DNA of 64,000 nt from Tubulanus polymorphus (Eukaryota; Animalia; Nemertea). Position 1 is the first letter of the stretch. The number at the start of each line of letters is the position of its first letter. The position numbers were made by a program, and so were the translations under genes. The stretch covers positions 13,170,850 through 13,234,849 of the forward strand of contig NC_134029.1 of the NCBI RefSeq assembly GCF_964204645.1, given 5' to 3'. Positions 14,110 to 26,185 of the stretch are shown here, piece by piece. The notes beneath the pieces were generated by a model. It searched no databases. It was not told the origin of the DNA and saw nothing but the letters and a program-made list of their open reading frames with translations.

Positions 14110-14665
14110 ATGTCAAAGAAATCTAATAAGAATAGTATTGATATTGAAAAAACCTTAGATGATTTGGGCATTAGTGATAATAAGGATATTCCAACCAAAA
14201 TTGAAAATAATATTGATTGTAATATTGATTATGAATACTATTTGATGTGTAAGCACCATCTAGAACTATTGATTGCTGGTGGAAAATCTGGATTTCTTGT
14301 GGAAAATTATAACTTTTCAACAACTAGATGCCATGAAACCAGATAAAGTAATAAAACATTTCAAAATATATGAAGACGCTAGATTAGCCAGAATAAACGA
14401 TTCTATAAGTGATGGAATAGTAAAATGTTACTCTAAGTTATGTAACCGGATAATACCAATTGATGATGAAAATAAATTATATACTGATTTAAAAAATGAC
14501 TACTTAGTTATGACAGAACTACATAAATGGGTTGGATACGCTTCATTCCAATTAGGAGGAATAATGACATTAATTTCCACTGGAGTTATAACATTTTCTA
14601 ATATCAAACCTATATAATACAAAGATAAAAATAAATTAGAAGATATTGAATCAGAACAAAAATTA
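14110..14665 (+). pseudogene. Conserved Polinton protein X (homolog of 50385-50966), frameshifted
   Basis: Two ORF fragments align with the 193-aa ORF. Confidence 0.8.
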
Positions 14666-14676
14666 ACTAAAATAAA

Positions 14677-15038
14677 TGAGTGATGATATTAAGAAGAAGC
14701 CTAGATCCGAAAAACAAATTGAATGGGCAAGGGAGTTGGGTAAAAGATCTTCGGAGTTAAAAAGAGCTAAGAAAAAGAAATTAACTGATATAAATGAATC
14801 ATAGAAATTATCTGATATTAATTCGAATGATAATCCATCTAATGCTTTTAATGCTGGAAGTAATAATAAATTATATATTACAATTGGATTAGTGACAGTC
14901 ATTATATTCTCCGGTGTAATATATAAATATAAGTATAAATATGATAATAATGATTCCGATAATAAACCTATTATACCAGAAAATAAGTCAAATGATAAAA
15001 CCATTGAAACTAAATCAAGATTATTATTAATGGATTAA
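14677..15038 (+). pseudogene. Small basic protein with single TM, protein Y (homolog of 50980-51348), internal stop
   Basis: MSDDIKKKPRSEKQIEWARELGKR...YITIGLVTVIIFSG...LLLMD. Confidence 0.75.
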
Positions 15039-15044
15039 AATAAG

Positions 15045-16128
15045 ATGAAAAAGGAACAATATTTAAGAGATTTATATTATAACCCAGAGAGTGAAGTATC
15101 ATATTCTAGCGTTTCAGAATTATGGGATAAAATCAAATTTGATAAAGAAAATATAAAATATAGTGAATTAAAATTATGGTACAAAATTAACCCACATATC
15201 AAATTCATAAGAAAATGGATAAAAACTATTTAACAAGAAAAGTTATGGTTTCATATATCGATCAACAATGGCAAGCAGATTTAATTGATATGAAGAACTT
15301 AGAGGAATATAACAAAGGATATTTCTGGATATTAAATGTTATAGATATATTCAGTAGATACGCATGGTCAATTCCAATCAAAAATAAAACTGGTATAGAA
15401 GTAACAAATGCTTTTAAATTAATATTTGAAGAAGCTATTCCGGTTAAGATACAATTTGATGAAGGTAAGGAATTTTATAATAAACATTTTTAAAAACTAT
15501 TATCTGATGTAGAGTATTTTTCAACACACTCAGACAAAAAAGCATCTATTATAGAAAGATTAAATAAAACATTGAAAACTAGAATGTGGAAATATTTTAC
15601 TGCTAATGAAACATATAAATATATATCGATGTGTTAGATGATTTAGTGAAAGGTTATAATAATTCTAAACATAGTTCTATAAATATGAAACCTATACAAG
15701 CTAGAAAAGAAGATAATTCAGAAATAGTTTGGAATAATTTACATGGAGCATTTGTTACGCATGATTTTGGAGAACCTAAATTGAAAATAGGACAACATGT
15801 AAGAATATCTAAATATAGAAAAACATTTTATAAAGGTTATACTCCTAATTTTACTGATGAAATATTTAAGATTAAAAAGATAATACTTACTAAACCATTT
15901 GTTTATAAATTAGAAGATTTGAAAGATGAAGATATATTTGGTTATTTTTATGAACAAGAATTATCACTTGTTCCAAATCCAGATGAAATAGAATACACAA
16001 TAGAAAAAGTATTGAAAACAAAAACGTTACGTGGTAAGAAATATTCTGTGGTGAAATATAATAAATGGTATGATGATAAATTCAATGAATGGAGTTTATC
16101 TGGTAAAATTAAAAGAATAAATGAATAA
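15045..16128 (+). pseudogene. Retroviral-like DDE integrase with chromodomain, frameshifted
   Basis: QWQADLIDM, VIDIFSRYAW, IQFDEGKEF, KASIIER; C-terminal chromodomain. Confidence 0.92.
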
Positions 16129-19032
16129 AGATTTATTTATATTTGAACCGCATAATATGTTAGTTACTGGTGTAACCAACTGTGGTAAAAGACATTTTAT
16201 ATTAGATTTGTTAGAAACTATTAATAAAAATCATTTTGATAATATAATATTATTTTGCCCTACTTATGAAATGAATCAAACATATAATAGGAATATAGTT
16301 AAGATAAAAAAGTTTATTAGGCCAGCCGTAGGCTGAGCCTATTACTATACAAATGGAGCGAATTTAAATGACATGGTTTCCACACAAAAGGCTCTTTTGC
16401 TTGCCAAGTGAGGGCATATTCGAACAAATCACGTATTTAAGCGTAATCCATTCTCGGAATCGTAGCGAGCAGAATTTTGAAATAGGGTCTCATAAAAATG
16501 TTTTCTGCATTTTTCACGAAAGTTAAATCGGGAAAATTTCAATGTTTATCAGCCAATCAGGAAGTTGTGTCTTCCCTGTGATTGGTTTATCTGAAAATAT
16601 CAGCAGCTGTTCACGTGAATTATCGCGATTTCATTACTGGCGCTTTTGCGCATGACTTCATGTATCAACACACGACAATACTTCCGCGTTCGCTACGTGT
16701 TCGCTGATTGGCCCATTTACTGGGAAATTCCACAGAAGCCTAATGTGGTTTGTTACAAGCGCTGTGATTGGCCCGAACCGATTCTGGCATGGCTTTAGCT
16801 TAGTGGGTTCGAATCCCTTGACGGGTGAAGATGATGGATCCTATCAATATCTATTGAAACTAATAAGTTTCCCGGTTGGGCAGCCGCGGATATCTACCGG
16901 AAGTATTCCGGTTCGATATTTCGAGGTTTCTTTGAATTTTGGAGTGATATTGAAATCCGGTAAATACCAGCGGTAGATTGTGAAAACCCATTGCATGATG
17001 TATTACTTAATCAATGAAAAGCGTCGGGGCCGCGCCAGGAGTTTTCGTGATTCAAGTAGCGCAATAGCCTACTTCTTCGTGTTCGTCCACCTCAATTTTC
17101 ACTCCGCCGATCTCTGACACGGCTCTGTACCCGTCGGCGCTGTGATTGCACTTTCGTACCACCAAAATTTTTTATTTCTATATCAGGGAGGTCTGGAGAA
17201 TAAAAAAGTCAAAATTTGGATATCACATAGGCCTGATTTCATCGAATAAGTCGACCATGGTCGTTACGTTTCCGTACTTATTACCACCTAAAACAGTCTG
17301 AACAATTTTGTCACAACCAACATTTCGTTTACAGAAATCAGGTGTTCACGTGAACCCGCGGTATCGTCTACTGTTTTACTTCCTGGTTTTATTTTAAGAT
17401 TCAAAATTGTATTTCAAGATCGATTTCTATGAAATCTTTAGTTGATTTGGTGTTTGGGAGGAATTTTTATTTGCTCTACAGAAAATTCATCCTTGACAAT
17501 TGCGCAAAAAAGGTTTTACCAAATCGGGTGTATGACCTTGATATGCTAATTAGCCATGTGCCCGAATTGCAAATTCAATCAAATTTTATTCTGCCAAAAA
17601 AATGTTAAATACAATTCGCTTTCCGAGAGTTAATGGTATGCTGCATGGAACAAAGTTGTTTTGAGATGGGTCTTCAAGCTATTTAGGTCGAGAGATAACC
17701 ATCTAGATAGTCCGTGAGAGTTCCAAAGTTTTGAAGACGCTTCAAGGTAATGTCTTGTTATTTGGTTTATACGTGTATCTACCCTAGACACATTTTCAGG
17801 CAAAAAACTGGCCCTGTCAGATTCAAGATGGCCGACTGGCAGCCATTGTTGTTCGCCAAAATCAGCACTTTTTACACATTTTTGAAGTTTTCGAGGGAAA
17901 TTTTGAAGACACTTTTATCAATAACCTTGATCATTCGTATATATTTGTATCCCCCGAGGGCCCATCGGCATGAGAAAAATTGGGTCGATCGGACTCAAGA
18001 TGGCCGTACTGTAACCTTTTTTGTTCCCAAAAATGTCAATTTTGGCCTGAATTCTGAGTACTGTAGCTTTCTAATGGTGTGCCATGTTTCATTGCAATTT
18101 GTAATGGGTATTCTTTGGAAAGGGATCTTTTATATTCGAGAGGGTATTTTTGACCAGGCAATTATGACGCACTTGGCGGCCATCTTGGGGTCATCAGTAC
18201 TCATTCGTAGGTGGGAAAAAAGTTTTCCCACATCATAATTGATACTTAAGCATATTTTGCTACTATAATCAATTGGAAAGTTGTAGCTCATGACAGAGAT
18301 GAGTTTCAAGCTCATTGGTTTTTGTTTATGGCCACCAGGGGGCGTTGAACAATACAATAACTTAGTATTTCTATATAACATTCGTACCTATGCATATTTT
18401 GCTACCACAATCAATTGGAAAGTTGTAGCTCATGACATGGTCATGACTTGGTGAGTTTCAAGCTCATTGGTTTTTGTATATGGCCACCAGGGGCGTTGAA
18501 CAATACAATAACTTAGTATTTCTATATTACATTCGTTCCTGCTGTCTGTGTTAACACACGATTTTACTCTGTAAATGATATTGAGCAGGGAGTGTATATT
18601 GATAAATATAACCCACAGATTACATCATTTATAAAAAGCAAATCTGACAGGCTGGCCATTGTGCCCCTTGGGGCTCTTGTTATATTAGATTAATACAAAT
18701 ACATTATTCATTATAGATGATTGTGCTAATTTACATGATTCAAAAGTTAGAGAGAGTTATGCTATTTAGCTTTCTCGGGGAGACATTTTGAAATAACAAC
18801 ATGGGTTTTAAATCAAAAATATAATTTAATTGTGAAAGACTTTAGGGAGAATATAAGATTTTTAGTTTTATTCTACAATAAAGATAGAAAATCAATGCAG
18901 CAATCATTGGAAGAAAATCAAATTATGCCTACTGACTTACATGATGAATATATGAATGAATTAAAAAGTAATAAAGGCTAAAAATTACTTCTGAGGCTTC
19001 AATTTCCATATGAATATAAATTTATAAAATAA
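16121..19032 (+). pseudogene. Packaging ATPase split by a Helentron-like insertion
   Basis: Walker A at 16121-16318; resumes at ~18681 with LFIIDDCANLHDS and GRH. Confidence 0.88.
16319..18680 (+). mobile_element. Non-autonomous Helentron/HINE-like element
   Basis: Subterminal inverted repeat ggccagcc (16320) / ggctggcc (18650); 3' hairpin gcccc-tt-ggggc followed by tcttgtt; T-rich target; internal ~140-bp tandem duplication at 18250-18537. Confidence 0.7.
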
Positions 19033-19119
19033 AATCCTAATTTGGAATATTATAGAATTTTGAATGTGTATGAGTGGATGAGTGGATGAATTGGATGAAT
19101 TGGATGAATGAATGAGTGG

Positions 19120-20087
19120 ATCCTAAATGATTCCCAAATGTATATTTATTGAATGTTGCTCTTGAAAATATTTTTGGAATATAATTTTCGATTTCAGTTT
19201 TAGATGGATGTTTATTTAAAAATTCTCTAAAATCATCATATTTAAGTTCAAATACGTTCATTGCATAAGTTACATTTGGTTTAAAGTTATCTAACTTTTT
19301 CAATATGGTAACTATATCATTACTCGAGAAATAGAAATGTTTTTCTGTACCACCGATAATCTAATATATTCATTTTATTAAATTTCGGGTTTATAATTAA
19401 TGGATTTTCTATTACATTATTTGTACCTATATGTTTAATTGAGTATTTATGATTCAATTGTTCATCATATATTACATATTCTTTAATTTTTTCACACCAA
19501 GACTTAAATACCTGTATTACATGGGATGAATCATTTCCACCTTTGGTTTTTAATTTACAATGTTTTGACCAATTAGCCTTTGATATACACTTATTAGAGA
19601 AGGCACAATAATTTTGATCCTCTTTGCATTTATCTTTATATATATTGGCATATGTTTTTACTAATTGTAAAATATGATCATCTTTTTTGACGTGCAATAG
19701 ATAATCATCATTATTATCAAAATCTTCTTCACAATACATACATCTAATTATATCTTCTATTTTAGATTCAATGTTATCTTCTTTTTTAGATTCAATATCA
19801 TCTATTTCAGTATGAGTATTATCTTCTTTTTTATTTCAATATTGTCTTCTTTTTTTCAATATTCTTATTATTAGATGAATAAGGTATATTATCTATATTA
19901 CCATTATTATTATCTTTTTTATTTATATCATTATTACGTTCAATTAGATATTCTTTGTATTGATTTAATTAATTTAATAGAAATGTTCCAATATATTCAT
20001 TTATTCTTTTATAAGGTATTACATAATACAAATCATCATTGATTTCTTTATCAGCTTTGATTCTTTCATATAGCTTACCTTCATCCA
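19120..20087 (-). pseudogene. Zinc-finger viral protein, 3' deleted
   Basis: MYCEEDF..HVKKDDH, SWCEK; the 3' end is fused directly to the GGATGAAT repeat array at 19073-19121. Confidence 0.72.
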
Positions 20088-20120
20088 TTTATTATAGACT
20101 TTTTTATTAAAACTGAAATT

Positions 20121-21336
20121 TTAATACATAACACTATTTAATTGAGAATTTACAATGTTTAATTGCGCGTCAGATATAATATAAATGCGCATTTTGAAAT
20201 TTTTGATTCCTTTTTTCTTTGTCATGAATAATTGTATTCCATCTTTAGTGTTCTGTAGTTTTTTACCAGAACCATGTAATAAATTATCTTCAGTTGTTCT
20301 AAAATCTAACCATAGTGCATATTTATTACCGGTATGATAATCAATTTGATTAATATTACAATTGTCAAATGATTTTACTTTTTCATTCATAAAATGTTTT
20401 CTAATTTCTGGCCATTGATCAATCATTCTCATTCCTTGACAGAATATTTTATTTGCTATACCTTCGATAGTTATTTCTACTTATAAAATTTCAGGATTAT
20501 AATAATTATCAACATTTATTGCGCCATTAGAATATGTTGCAATGGTAAAAAATATTAATATGCCTTTAATAGATCTTCTTGGGAAATTAATATTCTCATT
20601 AATTATTTCATCACTTGCATTAATAGTTACATTTTTAAATTTATCAATATAATCATATAATAATGAAAATCCTTGATTGTATCGAGTTTGAATTATGCTT
20701 GAAATATTTTCATCAGTTACTGTATCATATTCTAAACATATATTCGATAATTTATATCCCATCTTTAACTACACTTGATAATACAATTTCATTAACAGGA
20801 GCAAATGTTATTTCAAATATAATATCTTCTTGAATTGCATATTTATATAAAGGTGCACTATTATTTATCAATTCAAAGTCTAACGGAATTTTATATTTGC
20901 TTCCATAAATCTTTTTGATCAAATTATCTGCAGAATTAGTTATTATTGCATTATTAGCTTCAAAACTTAATTTATTATGGTTTTCTGATTGGATGCCTCG
21001 AAATATCATATTATTTCTATTTTCTTTTGTTAACCATAAATCTTTATAATGCATAAATAAATTATAATCATCTAATGAGAAAACTGTTTCTGGACCAATC
21101 TTTAAAGTTAATTTTTTAATCAAATATCTTCCAACAAATACTTTTATATCAGCTGATAAATAAATACTATTTGGAACATAAAAGGTATTTTGTGTTAATC
21201 TCGGGATTCTAGCATATAAAGTTTCATCAGGGTCAATATTAGAAGGATTATGAGTAATAATATGATGAGATCTTTCTGCTTTAATAGCATTAGATATTCT
21301 AGAACTCTTAGAAGGATTTATATAACTTCCACTCAT
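20121..21336 (-). pseudogene. Probable major capsid protein, frameshifted
   Basis: Three ORF fragments colinear with 55270-56516. Confidence 0.77.
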
Positions 21337-21352
21337 TTATTTAACAAAAAAA

Positions 21353-23082
21353 TTAATCATTTATTTTTTATCATATTAACTAACCCATAAATAATTGCAC
21401 TTACAACTGTAATTAAAAATAAGATAATATGTTCAGCAGCAAAGTTAATAATATTTCCAGCAGATTTTAATAAAAAACCAACAATTGATGCTATAACTCC
21501 GGGTAAAGCTGCAGCAGATTTTTTAGATAGTTCCCATAGATATCTTGCTAATTTCTTTAAACCATCTTTAACTTTATCTTGTATAGAATTATTATTATTT
21601 GGTGGTTTATCAGGTGGTTTAAGATTTGGTGTATATTTTTATGAATTTGATATTGCTAAACCTATTGTTGTAAATATCATAGTTACAGCTGTTAGAATTG
21701 AAAGAATTGTTATACCTTCTAGTTTAAATAATAATCTTATTCTGTCTTTCAATGATATTTCAGAATTTGGTTTTATTATTAAATCTTTAAAAATAACTTT
21801 TAATCTTTTAATATGATTAAGTTCATATGATTTCAATAATATATCTCTTTCTTTTTCCTGTAATTCTTTGTTATATTTTAAATCATCAATTTCTTTTTCT
21901 AAAGCTAATTTTCTGCATTCATATTCAACTTCATCAATTACTTGAAGATCTTTATTTAATTCTAATTGTTTTAATTCTTCATTTGCATTAGTTAATTCTT
22001 TTTCTAACATGGTTATTTTAGAAAATCTCATCTTAATATTAGCAATTTCACCAGCTGATTCTTGCATACCTTTAATTTATCTACGTTCAGGAAATATTTT
22101 TAATTGTTCTTCATTTAAATCAAGTAATCCCTTTTTAATAAAGATTGCATTCGATTTGTCCCAGTTTCAGTACCAGGTGTATCTAAAACACTAATCATAT
22201 TTTCTTCAAATGAATTCATTGTATCCAGTAAGTTATCTAAATGTCTTCCTAAGTGTAATTGACTTGAAACATTATCAATTTGTTGAATATAACTTCTCGA
22301 TGTTTCTGGTGTTGAAGATCTTAATTTATCTGCAAACTCTTCCATTTCTGGATCAACATAAGTAGGATTTGAATTTGGATTTTTAAATGGTGAATATTTG
22401 TTAATATCAATATTCTTAATTGGTCCTTCTTCATTTATTCTATCGATTGCATTCCATATAGTTCTGAAAAATTCTGAACCACCTTTTGAACGTTCAATTG
22501 TAGATCTTGCTAGCATTCCAGGTTCAAAAATATTTTCTTGTCCCATTCTAGATAATTGTATTGATGCAGTTTTGTTATTTAATTCAACATTATAATACCA
22601 TGAATCATTTTTAAATTCTAAATTATTCATGAAATGTGGATCATCTTTTAAAATTTGCATTACAACACCTTCTGTATCAATTTCATCTATTACAACTTTT
22701 GGTAATAATTCGTTAACAATTGTATCTATTACTCTACTTTTCATTCCATATAATTGATCTTTCAAATAAGGATCAGTTGTATTTACTAATTTATTCATTA
22801 AATCTTTTCTAAATGTTATGGGTTTAATAACTTTCCTATTGGGAGCTGTCATATTCTTCAAATTCTTCACGCGTTTCGTAATCAATTACACCATCATCTT
22901 CATCAGCTAAACTAGAATTATATGATGGATCATCATCTTCACCTACATTAGTACTATGCTGATCCATCATCATTATCAATATTAGTTTCATTAAAATCAG
23001 GTTTTGGTTCATCAGGTATAAATCCATCATTATTATTTCCCATTTCTCCCATTTCATAAGCTTCTCCACCTTCTACATCCAT
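21353..23082 (-). pseudogene. Coiled-coil/membrane protein, divergent central-domain allele
   Basis: N-terminus and C-terminal TM region match 56557-58017; the middle (~22115-22885) does not. Confidence 0.75.
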
Positions 23083-23098
23083 TTACAAAATAAAAAAA

Positions 23099-24372
23099 TT
23101 AAAATTTAAAATATAATATTCCTCCTATTACAATTCCTATACAAGTTATAGCTAATTTAGTATTTTCATGTGATTTATTATTATTATTAGTTTTAATTAT
23201 TTCATGTTGAATAATATCAGTTTTTATATTTTCTGATGTATTGTAATCTTTTATTTTAGAATCATTATCCAATTTAATATTCTTAGTTTTAGTTTCTGTT
23301 GATTGAATATGTTTTTTTCACCTTCCATTAATTTTAGAGCAGTAATAATCTTTTTATTTATGTAATTCAATCCAAATGAATTATTTATTGTTGCAGTCTT
23401 AATTAAATTATTATAACCAATTATATTTCCCATTTTTAAAACTAAATCATTAGAAATAATTAATAAATTAGGGCCTATACAATAATTTGATCTAATATGT
23501 GATTTATCTAAATAATTTTGGTACCTAACTATATTTTCTGGAATCGATCTATTATTATCATTATGAATGGAATCTTCAAATAATACTTTAAATTGTTTCT
23601 GCGCGTCAAATGAAGTATTATCATTTCCAACTATTGGTGATCTTGTTTCAACCTGTGCACCTAGATACATATCAAATAAGTTCTGATTTTGTAAAACCTT
23701 CACTATTTTCTAAAATAAAATTAATCTATCCATTATTGTTTTGTTGTTGTATATTATAATAATATTTTGGTAATTCATTCCAATTTAGTGTTCTTATATC
23801 TGTATTTGTTTTACCAAATTCTTTAGTATATAATATTCCTAATCCACCCATTGTACCAAGTTTTGCTCTAAAATCATTATTTGAATAAACATTACATATT
23901 TTATAAAACTCAGAAAAATTAAAATTATTATTTAGTTCATTAAAGTATTTTAAACCTGGTAAAGGGCACTCTAATTCATCTAATATTAATTTTAATTGAA
24001 AATATGTATGAAATCTAAAAAGTGATAATATCAATGGTAAACTTGGTTTATTTAAATGATCATTCCAACTTATACCACACCCTGTTGGTGCACAATAAAC
24101 TGCGAAAATAAATTGGTTCTGCCAGTACTTCATATTAGATTTTAATAACCATTGTTTTGCCTCATTTAAATTTTTAAAATTAAATACGTAAATATTGAAT
24201 ATATTTTCCATCTTTGCATTAAAATTATTAGTTTCAGTAACATAAATATCTTAATTAATTAATGAATCTAAAACTTCATTTCTATATGAAATATCTTTAT
24301 TAAAATCTATTGCAGGAATATTATGTTTAATTGATTTATTATATTGGAAAGCTTTTGGAAAACTATCTACAA
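23099..24372 (-). pseudogene. Conserved ~460-aa structural-module protein
   Basis: Fragments align with 58034-59421; start codon mutated; internal deletion. Confidence 0.78.
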
Positions 24373-24389
24373 TTTATATAATAAAAAAA

Positions 24390-24825
24390 CTAATAATTAA
24401 TTAATTCTTTTTATAATTTATCTTGTTCTTCAACTGTTATGTTACCATTTAAACGTATTATATTACCTAATGTATTTTTTAATTTAATTATTTCTTTTAT
24501 ATTACATTTTATTTTTTCTTTGTAACTTTTTATATTTAATTTTAAACTTATGCCGGTTAATACAATTGATGATAATCTTAACACACCAATTGATATAGCT
24601 AAAGGTGTTAATGGACTGAATATTGCTATAAATGTTATAACAGAACTAATTGTAACTGAACCACTAATAATAAAATAATATATAATTTTAGATTTTAAAT
24701 ATTTTTTCTTTTTTTATCATTAAGTCACTTTCAAATTCTAATATTTGTTTTTCCAAATATAATTTTAATTTAGTTTTATTTATATCATGAGGAATACTAT
24801 CAATATTATCAACTTTATCATCCAT
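24390..24825 (-). pseudogene. Two-TM protein (homolog of 59438-59863), frameshifted
   Basis: Nucleotide colinearity with the copy 4 gene. Confidence 0.72.
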
Positions 24826-24849
24826 TTATATAGCAAAAAATAATATATA

Positions 24850-25273
24850 ATTAATTAGTAAATTTATATGCAACAAATATAACAATAACTGTTCCACCTA
24901 AAATCCAAATTATTTCATATTTCTGTTGTTCTTTACTTGGTGTATAATAATCACATAATTATGGTTTGTATAGATGTAATTTTTCTTTATTTGTTACTGC
25001 GTTATATAAACTCATAGCTTCATCTACTGATTGAAAATCTCTATGTGAAATCTTCTGATCATATAATTCTTTGTTAATATAATCCATATAGTTTTGTCTA
25101 TTTTCTCTATATTCTTCTGCTGCTTTATTATACTTTTCTAATGCAAAATTATGTCTTTTTTGTTCTGATAATGATCCATTTTTATCAATATGCTTAAATA
25201 AATAACCACCACCAGTAAATGCTAAAGCGTTAACAATTGCCGATCCTATAATAGTTATAATTGCAGATGCCAT
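24850..25273 (-). pseudogene. Membrane protein with hydrophobic N-terminus (MASAIITIIGSAIVNALAFTGGG)
   Basis: Homolog of 59880-60320; frameshift near the 3' end. Confidence 0.75.
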
Positions 25274-25297
25274 TTATTTAGTAAAAAAATTACGCAT

Positions 25298-25519
25298 TTA
25301 TATAGGAGGAATATATTTCTGTTTTTCTAAATAATCAATTGTTAGATTAGATAAAGTTACTGCTAATGTTAATTTTGATATATCATTTATATCAAATCTA
25401 TCACCATTAACACTTCCCATTCTAAATACTTTTTTTAATACCATTGTATAACCAACAGTTCCAACTGATAGTAATGCTCCATTATATAATCCAGTTATTA
25501 TCCACTTATTATCACTCAT
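25298..25519 (-). CDS. 73-aa hydrophobic protein
   Basis: Intact and highly similar to 60343-60564. Confidence 0.75.
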   Translation of the reverse strand: MSDNKWIITGLYNGALLSVGTVGYTMVLKKVFRMGSVNGDRFDINDISKLTLAVTLSNLTIDYLEKQKYIPPI

Positions 25520-25534
25520 TTATTTATAAAAAAA

Positions 25535-25861
25535 AATCACCTTCTTCAAAATATTTAGTTATCTTATTTATGATTAATTCAACATTTATTTCATTACTAC
25601 TTTTATGATTATCATATATTTCACTTATTATTTTTCTAATATCATCAATAATAAAATCTTCATCTAATTCATAAAATCTTAATGACACTCCAATTAAATC
25701 AATAATCTTTTCTACATTAAAAGTTTCTTTATTTATTGTTTTTTCATACTCAAATGTTGTTTCATGAAAAAATGCAATATTTTTAATATGTGTAATTACA
25801 TCATGTTAAATTTCATTTCTTTCTCACGTTTAAAATCAAATCCAAAACATATACTCGGTCC
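25535..25861 (-). pseudogene. Homolog of the 118-aa protein at 60565-60921, start removed
   Basis: Colinear sequence stops at atactcggtcc, a few codons short of the ATG. Confidence 0.7.
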
Positions 25862-26182
25862 TACTCAACTGTGATTGGATAGATTAATACTCAACTGTGA
25901 TTGGATAGAGTAATAGGGAATACTCAACTGTGATTGGCTTGAGTAATACTCAACTGTGATTGGCTAATTTAGTTTTCTAGATGGATGGTTCTAGAATCAA
26001 CATGTATTACGCAATACTCAACGTGTTGAGGCTTGTAAATTTATGAGACTCGTGATTATATAGAAGTAATAGGGTATTAGTTGTTCTATAACAAAGGTTG
26101 AGGGGTCGGAAAATAAATTCGAGTGCGCGAGAATTTATTTTTCGACCCTTCGACCTTTGGTATAGAACAACTAATACCCTAT
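25862..26182. repeat. Four TACTCAACTGTGATTGG repeats plus a ~114-bp palindrome (possible Crypton-like transposon end)
   Basis: Repeats at 25862, 25888, 25921 and 25947; long hairpin at 26069-26182. The family assignment is inference. Confidence 0.6.
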
Positions 26183-26185
26183 AAC

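Larger units (their letters stand above)
6678..25861. mobile_element. Endogenous Polinton/Maverick-like virus, copy 2 (PolB-HNH-X-Y-INT-ATPase converging on ZnF-MCP-structural genes), with two host insertions
   Basis: Viral sequence resumes colinearly after insertions at ~10668-13910 and 16319-18680. Confidence 0.88.

Noticed and set aside
16790-16825. tRNA gene (tagcttagtgg next to gttcgaatccc)
   Set aside because: A and B boxes abut with no anticodon arm, so no cloverleaf.
17750-18381. ORFs of 162 aa and 83 aa inside the HINE-like element
   Set aside because: No recognisable domains; they lie in a non-autonomous repeat.
25862-26182. Palindromes as the Polinton terminal inverted repeats
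   Set aside because: The left block cuts into a viral gene, the penton is missing, and no Polinton-type AG/AGT terminal repeats or 6-bp TSD are visible.
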